64,000 bases of DNA from Elusimicrobiota bacterium. GTDB lineage: Bacteria; Elusimicrobiota; Elusimicrobia; UBA1565. Location of the stretch: the NCBI GenBank assembly GCA_043827405.1, contig JBDRPD010000083.1, positions 96,001 to 160,000 on the forward strand, in the 5' to 3' direction. A model generated the notes under the pieces. That model was not told where the DNA came from and ran no database searches. It saw only the letters and a program-made list of their open reading frames with translations. Shown in pieces: positions 29,401-41,335 of this stretch. Within the stretch, counting starts at the first letter, position 1. Every line of letters begins with the position of its first letter. The position numbers were made by a program, and so were the translations under genes.

Positions 29401-29835
29401 ATCGTCGCGTCCACCGACATAAACTCGATCAATTCAGTGACCGGGGATGTCGTCCCCGGAGCGGCTTTGGCCGAGGATTTGGTCATCGCCGAGATCCCCG
29501 TGGTGCGAGGCGGGTCGGCGGCGCCGGCAGAGGATTTCATCAACAATACCTTCGTCTATCCAAATCCGCTGCGGAGCTCGACGGCTAAGTTCCGCATCTA
29601 CGTTCCGCTGCAGTCTATCGTGTCCATGAAGATCTACAACATCGTAGGCGAGCTGGTCATGAACAAGGACTTCGGCGAGCGCGCAGCGGATTCCTACGTG
29701 GAGTTCACGTGGGATAAGAGCAATGACGCCGGGCGGCCGCTGGCGCACGGCATGTACTTCTACATCGTACAGCAGAAATCAAACAAGGGCGATTCGCAGC
29801 TGTTTCAGACGGTCAAGAAGTTTATTATTCCGTAG
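26476..29835 (+). CDS. Large secreted FlgD-Ig-repeat protein with a T9SS type A-like C-terminal domain
   Basis: Signal peptide (AYA-Q); Cys-rich N-terminus; eight W(D/N)G-type modules; terminal 'FVYPNP...MKIYNIVGELV...GMYFY...KKFII'. Confidence 0.8.
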   Translation: MISHQLRVLFTAGLLSVLASSAYAQQVFLERMWVHDRGKNCAATATNDQFNCWSGIPGTAPIEPVNHGNISNDPRIEFDTTVDPACEALPLGMLPTGDDHNNVCNNSVALCTQVGYANQQDAGATPFALDFISFELFKFTEGANPLDAGSTPPLRTFFVDNPGIIPGGQNSSTLPLVPVCVIWDGDINIKGEFGKSNGQYGFRATVATNQTGASGNINITQTRAYPGGFTKDRNDNEVDQKPIKVDVVNVHVVRTSPTVVGSLTGVAAQPYNITYRLAKDATTYVKIHQGSGDTVRTIVPGSARVGEGIPDGTLQNGDSWNGRFDNGALGPPGVYLASIQGVGVDQFGLDLSQAVTRQVSLDTLLITDLRTQSLTAQSTSLAVLSYMLTEPATAYVDIYPPGTYFENGLNNLNQMQDARPIANGGSAEEQALYNAGVRKYFAPRLNGNPVLPVRHFVEQKEFRKSVITFWDGRDTNGLVQPDGDYVFVVYAALPSQNGFDYVDGSRRIWSSNARSGFLTISRGQVTISQVGPSSTVVGSSPPVAGLNPFSFTYSLSREAFVSLRILDHTGTRLVKTLVENQVRPGNFLNRESWTMPTDNDGLYVSSGNYLVQLTAQDPFFPAKVSTTSALFPVNLFRITDVLTSPLLTGTTDVVTITYQLTQPMNVQWNIYQPGTVISGSSTTWPPCARMTAGSCSQITNGSANALPIATVKGLRPERLRITEFWDGRDGDGLFVPDGNYVYTLTAQSTTTPKYFAADKVFGTLTVARGSIVFPIFNITPTFPTLFNSSQTISLPPYEVDYSLTRQSSVTIQVLSTDFSPRVVRTLISGQVRDAHTLNREFWDARDNNGNFVSAGFYTVRAVADDLASVLSSGSTAQQTVSADPLRIYDVAISPLRADFGTALVAYQVSETMKVAIKIYKPGTIFDPNGNPTPPETLSLIKRIVGVRAARTEISENWDGTDETMSLVTDGNYLFKIVASTDINSINSVTGDVVPGAALAEDLVIAEIPVVRGGSAAPAEDFINNTFVYPNPLRSSTAKFRIYVPLQSIVSMKIYNIVGELVMNKDFGERAADSYVEFTWDKSNDAGRPLAHGMYFYIVQQKSNKGDSQLFQTVKKFIIP

Positions 29836-29841
29836 CCGCAG

Positions 29842-30825
29842 ATGAACGCTAAACGTCATATACCTCTTATGCTCGCCGGCCTCCTCGGGGCAGCGACCGC
29901 GGGAACGCCTGCCTGGGCGGTCGACCCCGGCGCCGGCACCGGCGGCGCGGCCTTCATGAAGATGGGTATCGGCAGCGCCCGGACATTGGCCATGGGGCGT
30001 GCCGCCGTCGCCGCGGCCGAGGGGACCGAAGCGATAAACTGGAACCCCGCGGGCCTGGCCATGGCTCAGCAGCGCGAGTTCGTCTACTCCTATTATCGCT
30101 ACATCCAGGACATCGACGCTCCCTATTATTTGGCGTATGCCCATCCCTTGGGCCGGACGGTCTTCGGCGTCAACTTCGGGATGATGGGCGCCGATGGTTT
30201 CGACGTGCGCGACGAGTTCGGCCGGCCGCAGGAGTCGAGCGAGGTGCGGGTTTCCAATAGTTTTATTACGGCGACCATGGCGCGCTCCTTCTGGTATGAG
30301 AAGCTTTTCATCGGCGGCAGCATCCGGACAATATACGAGAGTCTGGGCGGGACGACGCACAATATTATGGCGGCTGATTTTGGCGCCCTGCTGCGGCCGA
30401 ACTCCTTCGTGACTTTCGGCTTCTCCTCGCAGAACTTCGGCGCCGGGACGGGACGCATCGCCGGCGTTACCCGCGGCGGCGCATCGGTTCGTATCGGCCT
30501 GCTGACCACGTCGATGGAGGTAAATAAATACGCGGACGGCCCCGTGCATATGGGTATTGGAGGGGAGTTTTTGCTGCCGGAAGATCTGCTGCAGGTGGGG
30601 CAGGTCTACCTGCGGGTGGGGCTTCGCAGTACGGATGATCTCGGCGAGGTGCAGCAGGACAACCGTCATATGGTCTATCCGCTGGTCGGCGCTCCGACGC
30701 TGAGCTACGGTATCGGCGTATTCAGCGCTCAGACTTTTGGTTACGGCATGCAGTTCGACTATGCGCTGATATCTCTAGGCGCGTTGGGAACGGCGGACAT
30801 GCTTACGCTTAAGGTGAAATTTTAA
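29842..30825 (+). CDS. PorV/PorQ-family outer-membrane beta-barrel
   Basis: Signal peptide; 'AAFMKMGIGSARTLAMG...WNPAGLA' motif; C-terminal Phe (LTLKVKF). Confidence 0.8.
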   Translation: MNAKRHIPLMLAGLLGAATAGTPAWAVDPGAGTGGAAFMKMGIGSARTLAMGRAAVAAAEGTEAINWNPAGLAMAQQREFVYSYYRYIQDIDAPYYLAYAHPLGRTVFGVNFGMMGADGFDVRDEFGRPQESSEVRVSNSFITATMARSFWYEKLFIGGSIRTIYESLGGTTHNIMAADFGALLRPNSFVTFGFSSQNFGAGTGRIAGVTRGGASVRIGLLTTSMEVNKYADGPVHMGIGGEFLLPEDLLQVGQVYLRVGLRSTDDLGEVQQDNRHMVYPLVGAPTLSYGIGVFSAQTFGYGMQFDYALISLGALGTADMLTLKVKF

Positions 30826-30831
30826 CGTTAC

Positions 30832-30860
30832 TTGACGAAATGTGCATAGCCTGTTAGACT
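30832..30860 (+). promoter_or_regulatory. Sigma70-type promoter of the tad/flp operon
   Basis: TTGACG 30832-30837, 17-nt spacer, TG-extended TAGACT 30855-30860. Confidence 0.6.
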
Positions 30861-30898
30861 AAGGATGACAGCCCAAAAAACGGGATTGAGACGAGAAA

Positions 30899-31096
30899 AT
30901 GACGGTTTTCTCTTGGAAAAACAGAATCGGAGTGCGCAGGAAAAGAGCCGCTCAACGCGGCCAGGCGCTCATCGAATATTTACTGATGACGCTGATGCTC
31001 TTGTTTTTGTTCACCGGGCTCTATCGGGTCCTGCAGGGACAGCTGAAGACCTTGTTTGGCCGGGCCGGAGTTGCTATTTTGACTGCGTATTACTGA
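30899..31096 (+). CDS. Flp/TadE-like small pilin
   Basis: Basic leader, class III signal RG/QALIEYLL, hydrophobic helix. Confidence 0.75.
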   Translation: MTVFSWKNRIGVRRKRAAQRGQALIEYLLMTLMLLFLFTGLYRVLQGQLKTLFGRAGVAILTAYY

Positions 31097-31153
31097 GCGG
31101 GCCGCGCAAACCAATATTGTCGCTGTACGGTTGAAACATTGAGAGGAGGACTT

Positions 31154-31375
31154 ATGCAGAACATGGCAGACCGGGTGTGGGAGAAGTGCATGGAACTCGC
31201 GATTCGGGCCCGCAGCGAGCGAGGCCAGAATACGGTCGAGTATTTGATGATGTTGGCCGTTATCGTCGGAGTCATTTTGGTTATCGGCAAGATGTTCAAG
31301 CCCCAGATCAGCGGCATTTTTAACCAGATTATGGGAATGATCTCGGGCGCTGCCAATACGGTCGGCCAAGGCTAG
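31154..31375 (+). CDS. flp: Flp family major pilin
   Basis: Strong SD GAGGAGG; RG/QNTVEYLMML Flp motif (E-Y); short mature peptide. Confidence 0.85.
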   Translation: MQNMADRVWEKCMELAIRARSERGQNTVEYLMMLAVIVGVILVIGKMFKPQISGIFNQIMGMISGAANTVGQG

Positions 31376-31447
31376 ACGCAGCAGGCCGCCGATCGCAGGA
31401 TATACGTAGCAGCGACTGCCGAGCGCGGCAGTCAACAGGAGGGGTAC

Positions 31448-31921
31448 GTGCGAAGATGTAAATGCAGGAAAGGGCAGGTCCTCATCGAGGTCATGCTGAT
31501 GCTGCCCATTTTCATGCTGCTGGTGTTTACGATTATGGAGATCGGGCACCTGGCATTTCGCACGATACTGCTGCATCATGCGGCGTACGAGGTCGCCCGT
31601 ATCGGGTCGCTGACGGCGGTCGGTCCGGTGGCGTCCAAGTCGTGCCTGACGCCCAACCTGGACAGCGACGCGATGGACGAGGTGCGGCAGAAAATCCTGC
31701 CGGCGTCGTCCGGCCAGTACTCGCCGGTGCCGGGGATGCGGGACCCTCAAGACTGCTGCATGAACTTCGACCTCGTGGTTGTCCTGACCGACAACGTGCC
31801 GATGATCTTTCCCATGACGGGAATGGTCCTCGGCAACGCCAACGGCAAGAGCGCGCGCGCCCTCAGGGCCTCCGTGCGCATGCCGATCGAGCGTCCGCTG
31901 TTCGGGGGAACCTCCTGCTGA
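31448..31921 (+). CDS. tadE: TadE family pseudopilin
   Basis: SD AGGAGG; KG/QVLIEVMLMLP...EIG...AAYEVAR; Cys-containing C-terminal domain. Confidence 0.85.
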   Translation: MRRCKCRKGQVLIEVMLMLPIFMLLVFTIMEIGHLAFRTILLHHAAYEVARIGSLTAVGPVASKSCLTPNLDSDAMDEVRQKILPASSGQYSPVPGMRDPQDCCMNFDLVVVLTDNVPMIFPMTGMVLGNANGKSARALRASVRMPIERPLFGGTSC

Positions 31922-31960
31922 GCGAGCCGGAGAGTAATCGGAGTACTTAAGGAGACAGCG

Positions 31961-32716
31961 ATGGAAAAGAAAGGCGTCTTAGTTCCGATGGTTCTCGCAA
32001 TAGGGGCAGCCGTGCTGTATCTCATGGCTCTCACCACCCGTGAAAAAGCGTTGTCGCAGTCCTACGAGAATGCGACGGTGCTCGTCGCGCGCGTGGATAT
32101 TCCTGAACGCACGCTGCTGAAGGAGGATCTCGTCGTCACCAAGGCCGTGCCGCGCAAGTTTATGGCCCAGGATTCGATCGAGATCAAGACTCCTTCCGAT
32201 GTGAAGATGATCACCAACCTGGTCACCCGGGTGCGCATTCCCAAGGGCAATCAGGTGTCGCAGTCGGCGCTGACCTCGCTGTCGCCCACGTCGGGATTGA
32301 GCGTCAAGATCCCGCCGGGTTACCGCGGCGCCGTGGTGCCTATCGACTCGGCGTTGATGAAACTGGTCAAGCCGGGCGACCGCGTGGATATCCTGGTAAC
32401 CTTTGACGCGCTGATGGCCGATAACCGCAAGGAAAAGGTGACGGCCACTATCCTGCAGAATGTTCTCGTCCTCGGCGTCGGCAGCGATCTCGGCCAGGGC
32501 CAGACGGCCAAGGAGTGGCAGGAGAAGAATAAAGAGGAGAAGAAGAGCTCCGCTTTCGCGGAAAAGGGCATTCTCAGCTGCGCCCTGAATCCGAACGAAG
32601 CCCAGTATCTGGGGCTGGCTATGAAGCAGGGAGATATCACCATTATCCTGCGCGGCCTCGGGGATATAGAAATGCATCCGATGGAGATGGCGAGCTTTAG
32701 AAAACTATTCCGCTAG
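31961..32716 (+). CDS. cpaB: Flp pilus assembly protein CpaB/RcpC
   Basis: N-terminal TM, SAF domain, IPPGYRG, VKPGDRVDIL, ILQNVLVLGV. Confidence 0.93.
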   Translation: MEKKGVLVPMVLAIGAAVLYLMALTTREKALSQSYENATVLVARVDIPERTLLKEDLVVTKAVPRKFMAQDSIEIKTPSDVKMITNLVTRVRIPKGNQVSQSALTSLSPTSGLSVKIPPGYRGAVVPIDSALMKLVKPGDRVDILVTFDALMADNRKEKVTATILQNVLVLGVGSDLGQGQTAKEWQEKNKEEKKSSAFAEKGILSCALNPNEAQYLGLAMKQGDITIILRGLGDIEMHPMEMASFRKLFR

Positions 32717-32769
32717 GTCGGTCGCAAAAATCAAGGCGTAACTTGTTTCGGCGTCAACGGTAAGACATC

Positions 32770-33561
32770 ATGATTCGACAACAACGGCGTACTGCCGGCG
32801 CGGTCTTCTTGGCTTTTCTTCTGCAGTTCCCGGGCCTGCCGGTTTGGGCTCAGGAGGATAGCGCAGCGGAGGAGGAGACGGACCAGTCGGAGGTGATGAT
32901 TGCGGTCAGTGCCGACGTCGTTGAGATCAGCGGCTCGATCGCCAAGGATGTCGGTTTCAGCTGGACGCCGTTCACAACGGGAATCAACTTCGCGGAGAAG
33001 GCGCCGATACCGGGCCTCATCGACATCGCGGACTTTGAGCGGCTGACCCAGCTGCAGACGTCTTTGAAGATGCTCGAAACGGAGGGCAAGGCGCAGCTGC
33101 TGTCGAATCCCAAGATCATCACCAAGAACGCAACGCAGGCGAATTTCGTTGTCGGCGGCGATCAGCCCTACCCCGTGACCAATAACCAGGGGGTGGGAGT
33201 GGAATTCAAGAAGTTCGGGGTGATCCTTAACATTTTGCCGGTGGTGAACCCCAACAAGAAGAACTATATCGACGCGCAGCTGCAGCTGGAGGTGTCCAAT
33301 CCGGATTTCTCGAAGCCCGTGACGGTCGGCAATACGACGGTCCCCGCGATCGTGACGCGGCAAATCCAAACGGAGGTGGAGATCAAGAGCGGTGAGACGA
33401 TCGTCATTGGCGGGTTGAAGTCGAGCGCGAAGAACCAAACCAAGACGCGCGTGCCGTTTATTGGCCATCTGCCTATTATTGGAAAGCTGTTTACGACGAC
33501 CAGCATCATCGAGGAGCAGAAGTCGCTGTTTCTGTTCGTGACTTTTGAGATCATAGAGTAG
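32770..33561 (+). CDS. cpaC: Minimal secretin (CpaC/RcpA-like, secretin domain only)
   Basis: Signal peptide; EGKAQLLSNP, FKKFGVIL, SGETIVIGGL, RVPFIGHLPIIGKLF. Confidence 0.85.
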   Translation: MIRQQRRTAGAVFLAFLLQFPGLPVWAQEDSAAEEETDQSEVMIAVSADVVEISGSIAKDVGFSWTPFTTGINFAEKAPIPGLIDIADFERLTQLQTSLKMLETEGKAQLLSNPKIITKNATQANFVVGGDQPYPVTNNQGVGVEFKKFGVILNILPVVNPNKKNYIDAQLQLEVSNPDFSKPVTVGNTTVPAIVTRQIQTEVEIKSGETIVIGGLKSSAKNQTKTRVPFIGHLPIIGKLFTTTSIIEEQKSLFLFVTFEIIE

Positions 33562-33563
33562 CC

Positions 33564-36139
<2,576 letters not shown>

Positions 36140-36143
<4 letters not shown>

Positions 36144-37654
36144 GAACAATTCTGGCGGGCCTCATGCTTTGTCTGTCCGGCGCCGCGTCGGCTGCGGCGC
36201 AGGGCTTTACGCGGGAGCAGATCCACTACCTCGTCGATCAGCAGAAAGGCGCCGAGGCGCGTGCCCAGTACATCTACCACTATTTCAAGAAGGAGCGCGA
36301 TCCGAACCTGCAGGTCCCCAAATGGGTCGATGAGGTTCTTGACCCCATGTTGGCGCGTCCCGTGTGGCAGGACCCCGAGGAGGGCATGCTCAATGAGGCG
36401 CAGCTGTGGCAGGCGCCGGTCTCGGTGCTTTACGAGTTTTTCGAGCATACGCGCAAGACCTTCCCCCAGGAGTTCAACGGCAGCCTGCAGCCGCCGTACA
36501 CGCTGATAAAGGACTATGAGGACAGCCGGGTACGCTTCCAGATGGCGCTCGACCGGCTCTATCGTGCCCGCATGGGCGATTCCCTGGGCGGCCGCGGCCG
36601 CTCCGTGCTGTCCAACTTCGATCTTATTTTGAAGCAGATGGACGCCGTTCTTGACGCTTTGACCAGCCAGGACCCGAAGCGCTATGTCGATTCGGTGATG
36701 GCGGTAGGGCGGCTCACGCAGCAGGTCTACGGCATCATGCACCACGATCCGCGCGGCTACGAGCCGCCGCAGGACCCGGCCAAGAAGTTCCCGGCCTCGG
36801 CGTCGCTGTTTTTGAAGATTATCGGCATGGTGCTGATCTTTATCGCGCTGTGGAGCTGGGGCAGCCTCAACGCCAAGTGGGTCAACGACAAGTTCGAGGA
36901 GCGCGTCGCCGAGGCCAAGAACTGGGCCAATGAGTTCAATAAGCAGTTTCTCAAGATTAAGGTGCAGTATATGATTCTGACGCCGGTCGGTGTCGGGCTG
37001 CTGCTCGGCATTGTCTCGCTCAATATCTGGGGACTGCTATTCTGCACCTTCGTGGGCGCCTATGTCGGCATCAAGCTGCCGGAGTGGATTCTCAATGTCG
37101 TGCGCTACCGCCGCGGCCGCAAGGTCGAGGCCCAGCTTATGGATGCCATGATCCTGATGTCCAATGCCCTGAAATCGGGGCTCGACATAGTTCAGGGTTT
37201 CGAGCTCGTGCAGCGTGATTTGGTGCCGCCGATCTCGGAGGAGTATGGGCTTGTTATCAAGAACTACTCGCTCGGCACGTCTTTTGAGCAGGCGCTGCAG
37301 GGGATGGAGAAGCGCATCGAAAGCCGCCTGCTGTCGTACATGATCAAGGCCATCGTCATCCAGCGCGCGGTCGGCGGCAATATGACCAAGATCTTCGACC
37401 GCATTGTCGATAACATCCGCGAGGAAGGCAAGCTCGAGGAGAAGGCGCAGGCGATGACGGCGCAGCAGCGCATCCAGTCGCTGGTCGTGGGGTTCATGCC
37501 CTGGGCGATGCTGGTGCTGATGTGGCTGTTCCAGCCGGAAGTGATGTCGGCGTACTATTTTAGCCCGCTGGGGATGGCGACGATCATCTTCTGCGTGGTG
37601 TGGATGAGCATCGGCATGGGCATCGTACGAAAGCTCGCCGATATACAGGTATAG
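36140..37654 (+). CDS. tadB: TadB (T2SSF family) with large N-terminal exported extension
   Basis: Signal-like N-terminus and about 210-aa helical domain, then TMs; NALKSG, IQRAVGGN, TAQQR. Confidence 0.85.
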
Positions 37655-37656
37655 CC

Positions 37657-38562
37657 ATGATGACTGGACAATTCGGGACGATATTTCTCTTCGCCGTGGG
37701 CGTGCTCGGCTCGATGGCCGTGTTCACGCTTGTGCAGCGCATGATCAAGCCGCCGGAAGAAGCGCCGACCTCGCTCACGCGCATCGGCGGCGGCAAGAAA
37801 ATGGGGGACATCTCTCCCTGGGAGTCGCTCAATCCCAATCGGGGTTTTATCGACCGCATCGATATCTTCCTCGTGCACAACTGCCGAATGGGCGACAAGC
37901 TTGAGACCCTGCATACTTTGCTCGGCAAGCCGAAGAAGCCGACACCGCTCAATATCCTGCACATGAAGGAGCTGGCCGCCGCGGGGGTCGCAGCCTTTGT
38001 TTACTTTATGCTCGAGAGCTGGCAGCTGGCGCTGCTGCTGGGCCCGATCGCTTTCTTCCTGCCGGACTTCTACTTCAAGGGCAAGATCGACGAGCGGCAG
38101 AGATCAATCATCCGCAACTTCCCGGCACTCGTCGATTTGGCGGCGCTTACCATCGAAGCCGGCCTCGACTATATGACGGCCTTCGAGCGCATCATCCAGG
38201 CGGCCCGGCAAAAGACGGAGCTGGAAGTGGAGTTCGAACGCATGCTCTCTGAGATATCGCTGGGCTACGCGCGCCGCGAGGCGCTGCGCCGGCTGGCGAT
38301 GCGCACCGGCCTGCAGGATATCCGCTCATTCGTCGGGCTTATCGTGCAGTCGGACGAACTCGGTACCAGCCTGGTGGACCTGCTGCGCAACTATTCGGCC
38401 GATATGCGCTTCCGCCGTCTCAACCAGGCCGAGAAGGCCGCGGCGCAGGCGGCGACCAAGATGCTTATTCCGATCTTCTTCTTCATCTTCCCGACGGTAT
38501 TTATCCTGATGCTGTCGCCGATGGTTTTCAATATGTTCAAGAGCGGAGGGATGGGCTTCTAG
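37657..38562 (+). CDS. tadC: TadC (T2SSF family)
   Basis: TIEAGLD, QSDELGTS, AEKAAAQAATKMLIP. Confidence 0.9.
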   Translation: MMTGQFGTIFLFAVGVLGSMAVFTLVQRMIKPPEEAPTSLTRIGGGKKMGDISPWESLNPNRGFIDRIDIFLVHNCRMGDKLETLHTLLGKPKKPTPLNILHMKELAAAGVAAFVYFMLESWQLALLLGPIAFFLPDFYFKGKIDERQRSIIRNFPALVDLAALTIEAGLDYMTAFERIIQAARQKTELEVEFERMLSEISLGYARREALRRLAMRTGLQDIRSFVGLIVQSDELGTSLVDLLRNYSADMRFRRLNQAEKAAAQAATKMLIPIFFFIFPTVFILMLSPMVFNMFKSGGMGF

Positions 38563-38566
38563 TTTT

Positions 38567-39895
38567 ATGAGGACGTGCACCGCAACTCTTCTCGCCGGGC
38601 TGCTTCTGGCGGCCGCTCCGGCCGGGGCGCAGAAGATCCCGGCCGACGAAAAGCGACCGAGCATGGAGAGCCTGTTTTTGGATTTCTCCAAGACGCATCT
38701 CGGTCCCATCGGCAAGGAGGATGCCAAGCGCAAGTACCTCTATACCATCCAGCTCGAGAAGTCCCGGCTGTCGCATTCGCTGCTGCGTACGATCTACAGT
38801 AACGCCTACGACCTCTACCGGCAGGGAGACTACGACGGGGCGCGCGAGCTGACGGCGAAAATTCTGCAGATGGACCCGAGCTTCCAGGATGCGGCGATTC
38901 TGCACCGGGCCGCGGCCGAACTGCGCGGGTCGTCGAAGCCTATGGTCTCCGGACGCAAGCTGGTCGAGTCGCGGTTTGAGGAAGGCTTGTCGCTCTATCG
39001 TCAAGGGCGCCTGGTTGAGGCGTCCAAGCGCTGGGAGGAGGCGGTCAAGCTTGCGCCCGGCAACCTCAAGGCGCGCTACTGGCTTAAGAAGGTCCGCCGC
39101 GAGCTCGCGGACGAGCATTTTCGCCGCGGGCAGCGGGCCTACCGCCAGCATCGCCTGCGCGACGCTCTGGACCAGTGGTACGCGGCGCTGATCCTGAATC
39201 CGCGCTACCCGCGGCTGATGGACGTGATCTCCAAAGCGGAGTCCGAGATACGCCGCCAGCAGGCCAACGAGAAACTGCAGCGGGCGCTGCAGCTTTACGG
39301 GCAGGGCAATACCACGGAGTCGCTCAAGGTGCTCGACGAGGTGCTCGAGATCGCGCCGGGAGAGAAGAAGGCGGAAAAGCTTATCTCCGAGATTCGGCTC
39401 GAGATCGGCACGCAGCACGTCGCTCAAGGCCGCGGTCTGTACCGCCAACGCAAGTACACCGGCGCCATCGCGGAGTGGAACAAGGCGGTAGAGTACGGCT
39501 ACGATCCGCGGCGGGCCAATGTCCTGATCGCTAGGGCGCGGGATCAGATGCGCCGCGAGCGGGAGGAAGCGCAGCGGCGCGCCGAAGATGATGAGCGCCG
39601 GCGCCGCGAGGCTGAGCAGCGCGCCCGTGAAGACGAGGAGGCGCGTCGTCTGGCCGAGCTCGAGAAGCAGAAGCAGCTGGATGCCAAACCGCCGGAAGTC
39701 GAGCCGGAGCCCAGTGATGAGGAGAACCGGCGCCGGGCGCTCAAGCATTGGAATAACGGCATTATCTTTTTTCAGAAGGGCGACTACCCCAAAGCGCGCG
39801 ATGAATGGCTTTTGTGCAAGCAGTTTGACGCGAAGAATACGGATTGCCAGGCGGGGCTGCAGCGCATTGATAATACGTACGGCGGCGGACCGTGA
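38567..39895 (+). CDS. Exported TPR-repeat protein (TadD-position)
   Basis: Signal peptide (AGA-Q), multiple TPR-like units, charged helix before the last TPR. Confidence 0.8.
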   Translation: MRTCTATLLAGLLLAAAPAGAQKIPADEKRPSMESLFLDFSKTHLGPIGKEDAKRKYLYTIQLEKSRLSHSLLRTIYSNAYDLYRQGDYDGARELTAKILQMDPSFQDAAILHRAAAELRGSSKPMVSGRKLVESRFEEGLSLYRQGRLVEASKRWEEAVKLAPGNLKARYWLKKVRRELADEHFRRGQRAYRQHRLRDALDQWYAALILNPRYPRLMDVISKAESEIRRQQANEKLQRALQLYGQGNTTESLKVLDEVLEIAPGEKKAEKLISEIRLEIGTQHVAQGRGLYRQRKYTGAIAEWNKAVEYGYDPRRANVLIARARDQMRREREEAQRRAEDDERRRREAEQRAREDEEARRLAELEKQKQLDAKPPEVEPEPSDEENRRRALKHWNNGIIFFQKGDYPKARDEWLLCKQFDAKNTDCQAGLQRIDNTYGGGP

Positions 39896-40101
39896 GTGAG
39901 ACGGTGCCGGCCGCGCCGGAAGGAAAGAGTTCGCTGCCTAAACTACTGATCGCCGGTACCGCGCTGTTCGTGCTCTTGGCGGCGGTTTCATTGGCCGCGC
40001 TGCTGCATTTCGGGCGAACGCAATCCGAGGCCGATTCGGTGAAGCACCTCGAGGATCAGGCGATCAGCGTCACGCAAGAGGAGCTCTCACGTAGAGAATA
40101 A
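39892..40101 (+). CDS. Small single-TM hypothetical protein
   Basis: GTGA overlap with the TPR gene; one hydrophobic helix. Confidence 0.55.
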   Translation: MSETVPAAPEGKSSLPKLLIAGTALFVLLAAVSLAALLHFGRTQSEADSVKHLEDQAISVTQEELSRRE

Positions 40102-40113
40102 GCAGGGCGCATA

Positions 40114-41250
40114 ATGAAGCTTGCGACAAAATGGTTCCTATGGTATCTCTGCATCGGCGTCTATGTGATGTTTCTGGGCGGTATTTTCTACTACAACCTT
40201 TTCAAGTGGACGTTCGATGAGAAGCTTAAGCAGCAATCGATCGACCTGGTCAAAGTCCACGCCTTCCAGCTGATCAAAGGGCTGTCGCGCAACCAGCAGT
40301 CTATCAGCATGGATGAGTACGACGTCGTCAACAACGCCCTGTCAAAAGACGAGCGGGTCGCGTCGCTGCTGTACCTCAATCGCTACGGCGAAGTCCGTTG
40401 GTACAAGGACCCCGGCGTCATCGGCAAATCCTACGATGAGTTCGCCAAGATCGTGCCGCTGCCGACCGACGCGGTCGAGCAGGCGTTTGTGACCAAGACG
40501 CCGAAGGTGCGCGCCGTGCCCGACCAACCGTTGTACGAGATCGCCATCCCGCTGGCGGTGCGCGGTGAGGTTGTCGGTATTATCGACCTGCAGATATCCC
40601 GCCGGGGGGTGCAGGAGATTATCGCCAAGGCGATGCATAAATACGTGCTCGGCGCGCTGGGCGTGCTGTTCCTGCTCGGCATACCGCTCTATTTCTTCCT
40701 GCATCACTTCGTGCTCAGCCCGCTCAGTCACTTGCGTGACGCGGTTGAGGCCATCTCATTTAAAAACCTGGACTTGAAGTTCCCGCCGCGCAAGGATGAG
40801 ATCGGCGACGTAGCCGAGGTGCTCAGCATCTTTATGCAGAAGGTGAAGGCGGAGCGCGCCAACGTTCTGGTTAAGGACAAGCAGCGGGGAGTCGCTGAGC
40901 AGCGCTGGTGGCAGTCCATCCTCAGTACCATCGTCACGTCCGAGCACCGCGCCATCGTCGTCGACGAAGACAACTCCGTCCTGTTTACTAATTTCCCCGT
41001 GCAGAAGCAGGCGCGGCCCGATGCGCCGCTGCATCTGCTCGACGTTATCGATAGCCAGCAGCAGGACGTGCTGCGGCTCGTCGGCGTCGCTCTTGATCGG
41101 CCTAACCAGATGGTTGAAACGGATACTATGTTCCAGCAGGAACCCCACCACGTACGTGCGGTGCACTTGGAGGAGGAAGGAGAGCTGCGTCGAACGCTGA
41201 TCCTTTTCGAGCCCAAGCGCAGTTCCGCCTCCGGTCCGCCGCAGGTTTGA
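40114..41250 (+). CDS. Membrane sensor: TM-periplasmic domain-TM-HAMP-PAS-like, without output domain
   Basis: Two TMs; HAMP 'PLSHL...RKDEIGDVA'; 'AIVVDEDNSVLFTN' PAS-like start; no H-box or GGDEF. Confidence 0.72.
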   Translation: MKLATKWFLWYLCIGVYVMFLGGIFYYNLFKWTFDEKLKQQSIDLVKVHAFQLIKGLSRNQQSISMDEYDVVNNALSKDERVASLLYLNRYGEVRWYKDPGVIGKSYDEFAKIVPLPTDAVEQAFVTKTPKVRAVPDQPLYEIAIPLAVRGEVVGIIDLQISRRGVQEIIAKAMHKYVLGALGVLFLLGIPLYFFLHHFVLSPLSHLRDAVEAISFKNLDLKFPPRKDEIGDVAEVLSIFMQKVKAERANVLVKDKQRGVAEQRWWQSILSTIVTSEHRAIVVDEDNSVLFTNFPVQKQARPDAPLHLLDVIDSQQQDVLRLVGVALDRPNQMVETDTMFQQEPHHVRAVHLEEEGELRRTLILFEPKRSSASGPPQV

Positions 41251-41255
41251 ATAAC

Positions 41256-41284
41256 TTGCGAAAAAGCGAGATTATTGCTACATA
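41256..41284 (+). promoter_or_regulatory. Possible sigma70 promoter
   Basis: TTGCGA, 17-nt spacer, TG-extended TACATA. Confidence 0.4.
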
Positions 41285-41335
41285 AGGGAGTGCCTCAGGC
41301 GTTTCGCGTCCTTTTTCGGGGCAAGGGGGGATTAG

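Noticed and set aside
30865..31134. 89-aa ORF overlapping the first pilin gene
   Set aside because: The overlapping 30899-31096 frame has a clear class III signal; this frame has no recognisable features
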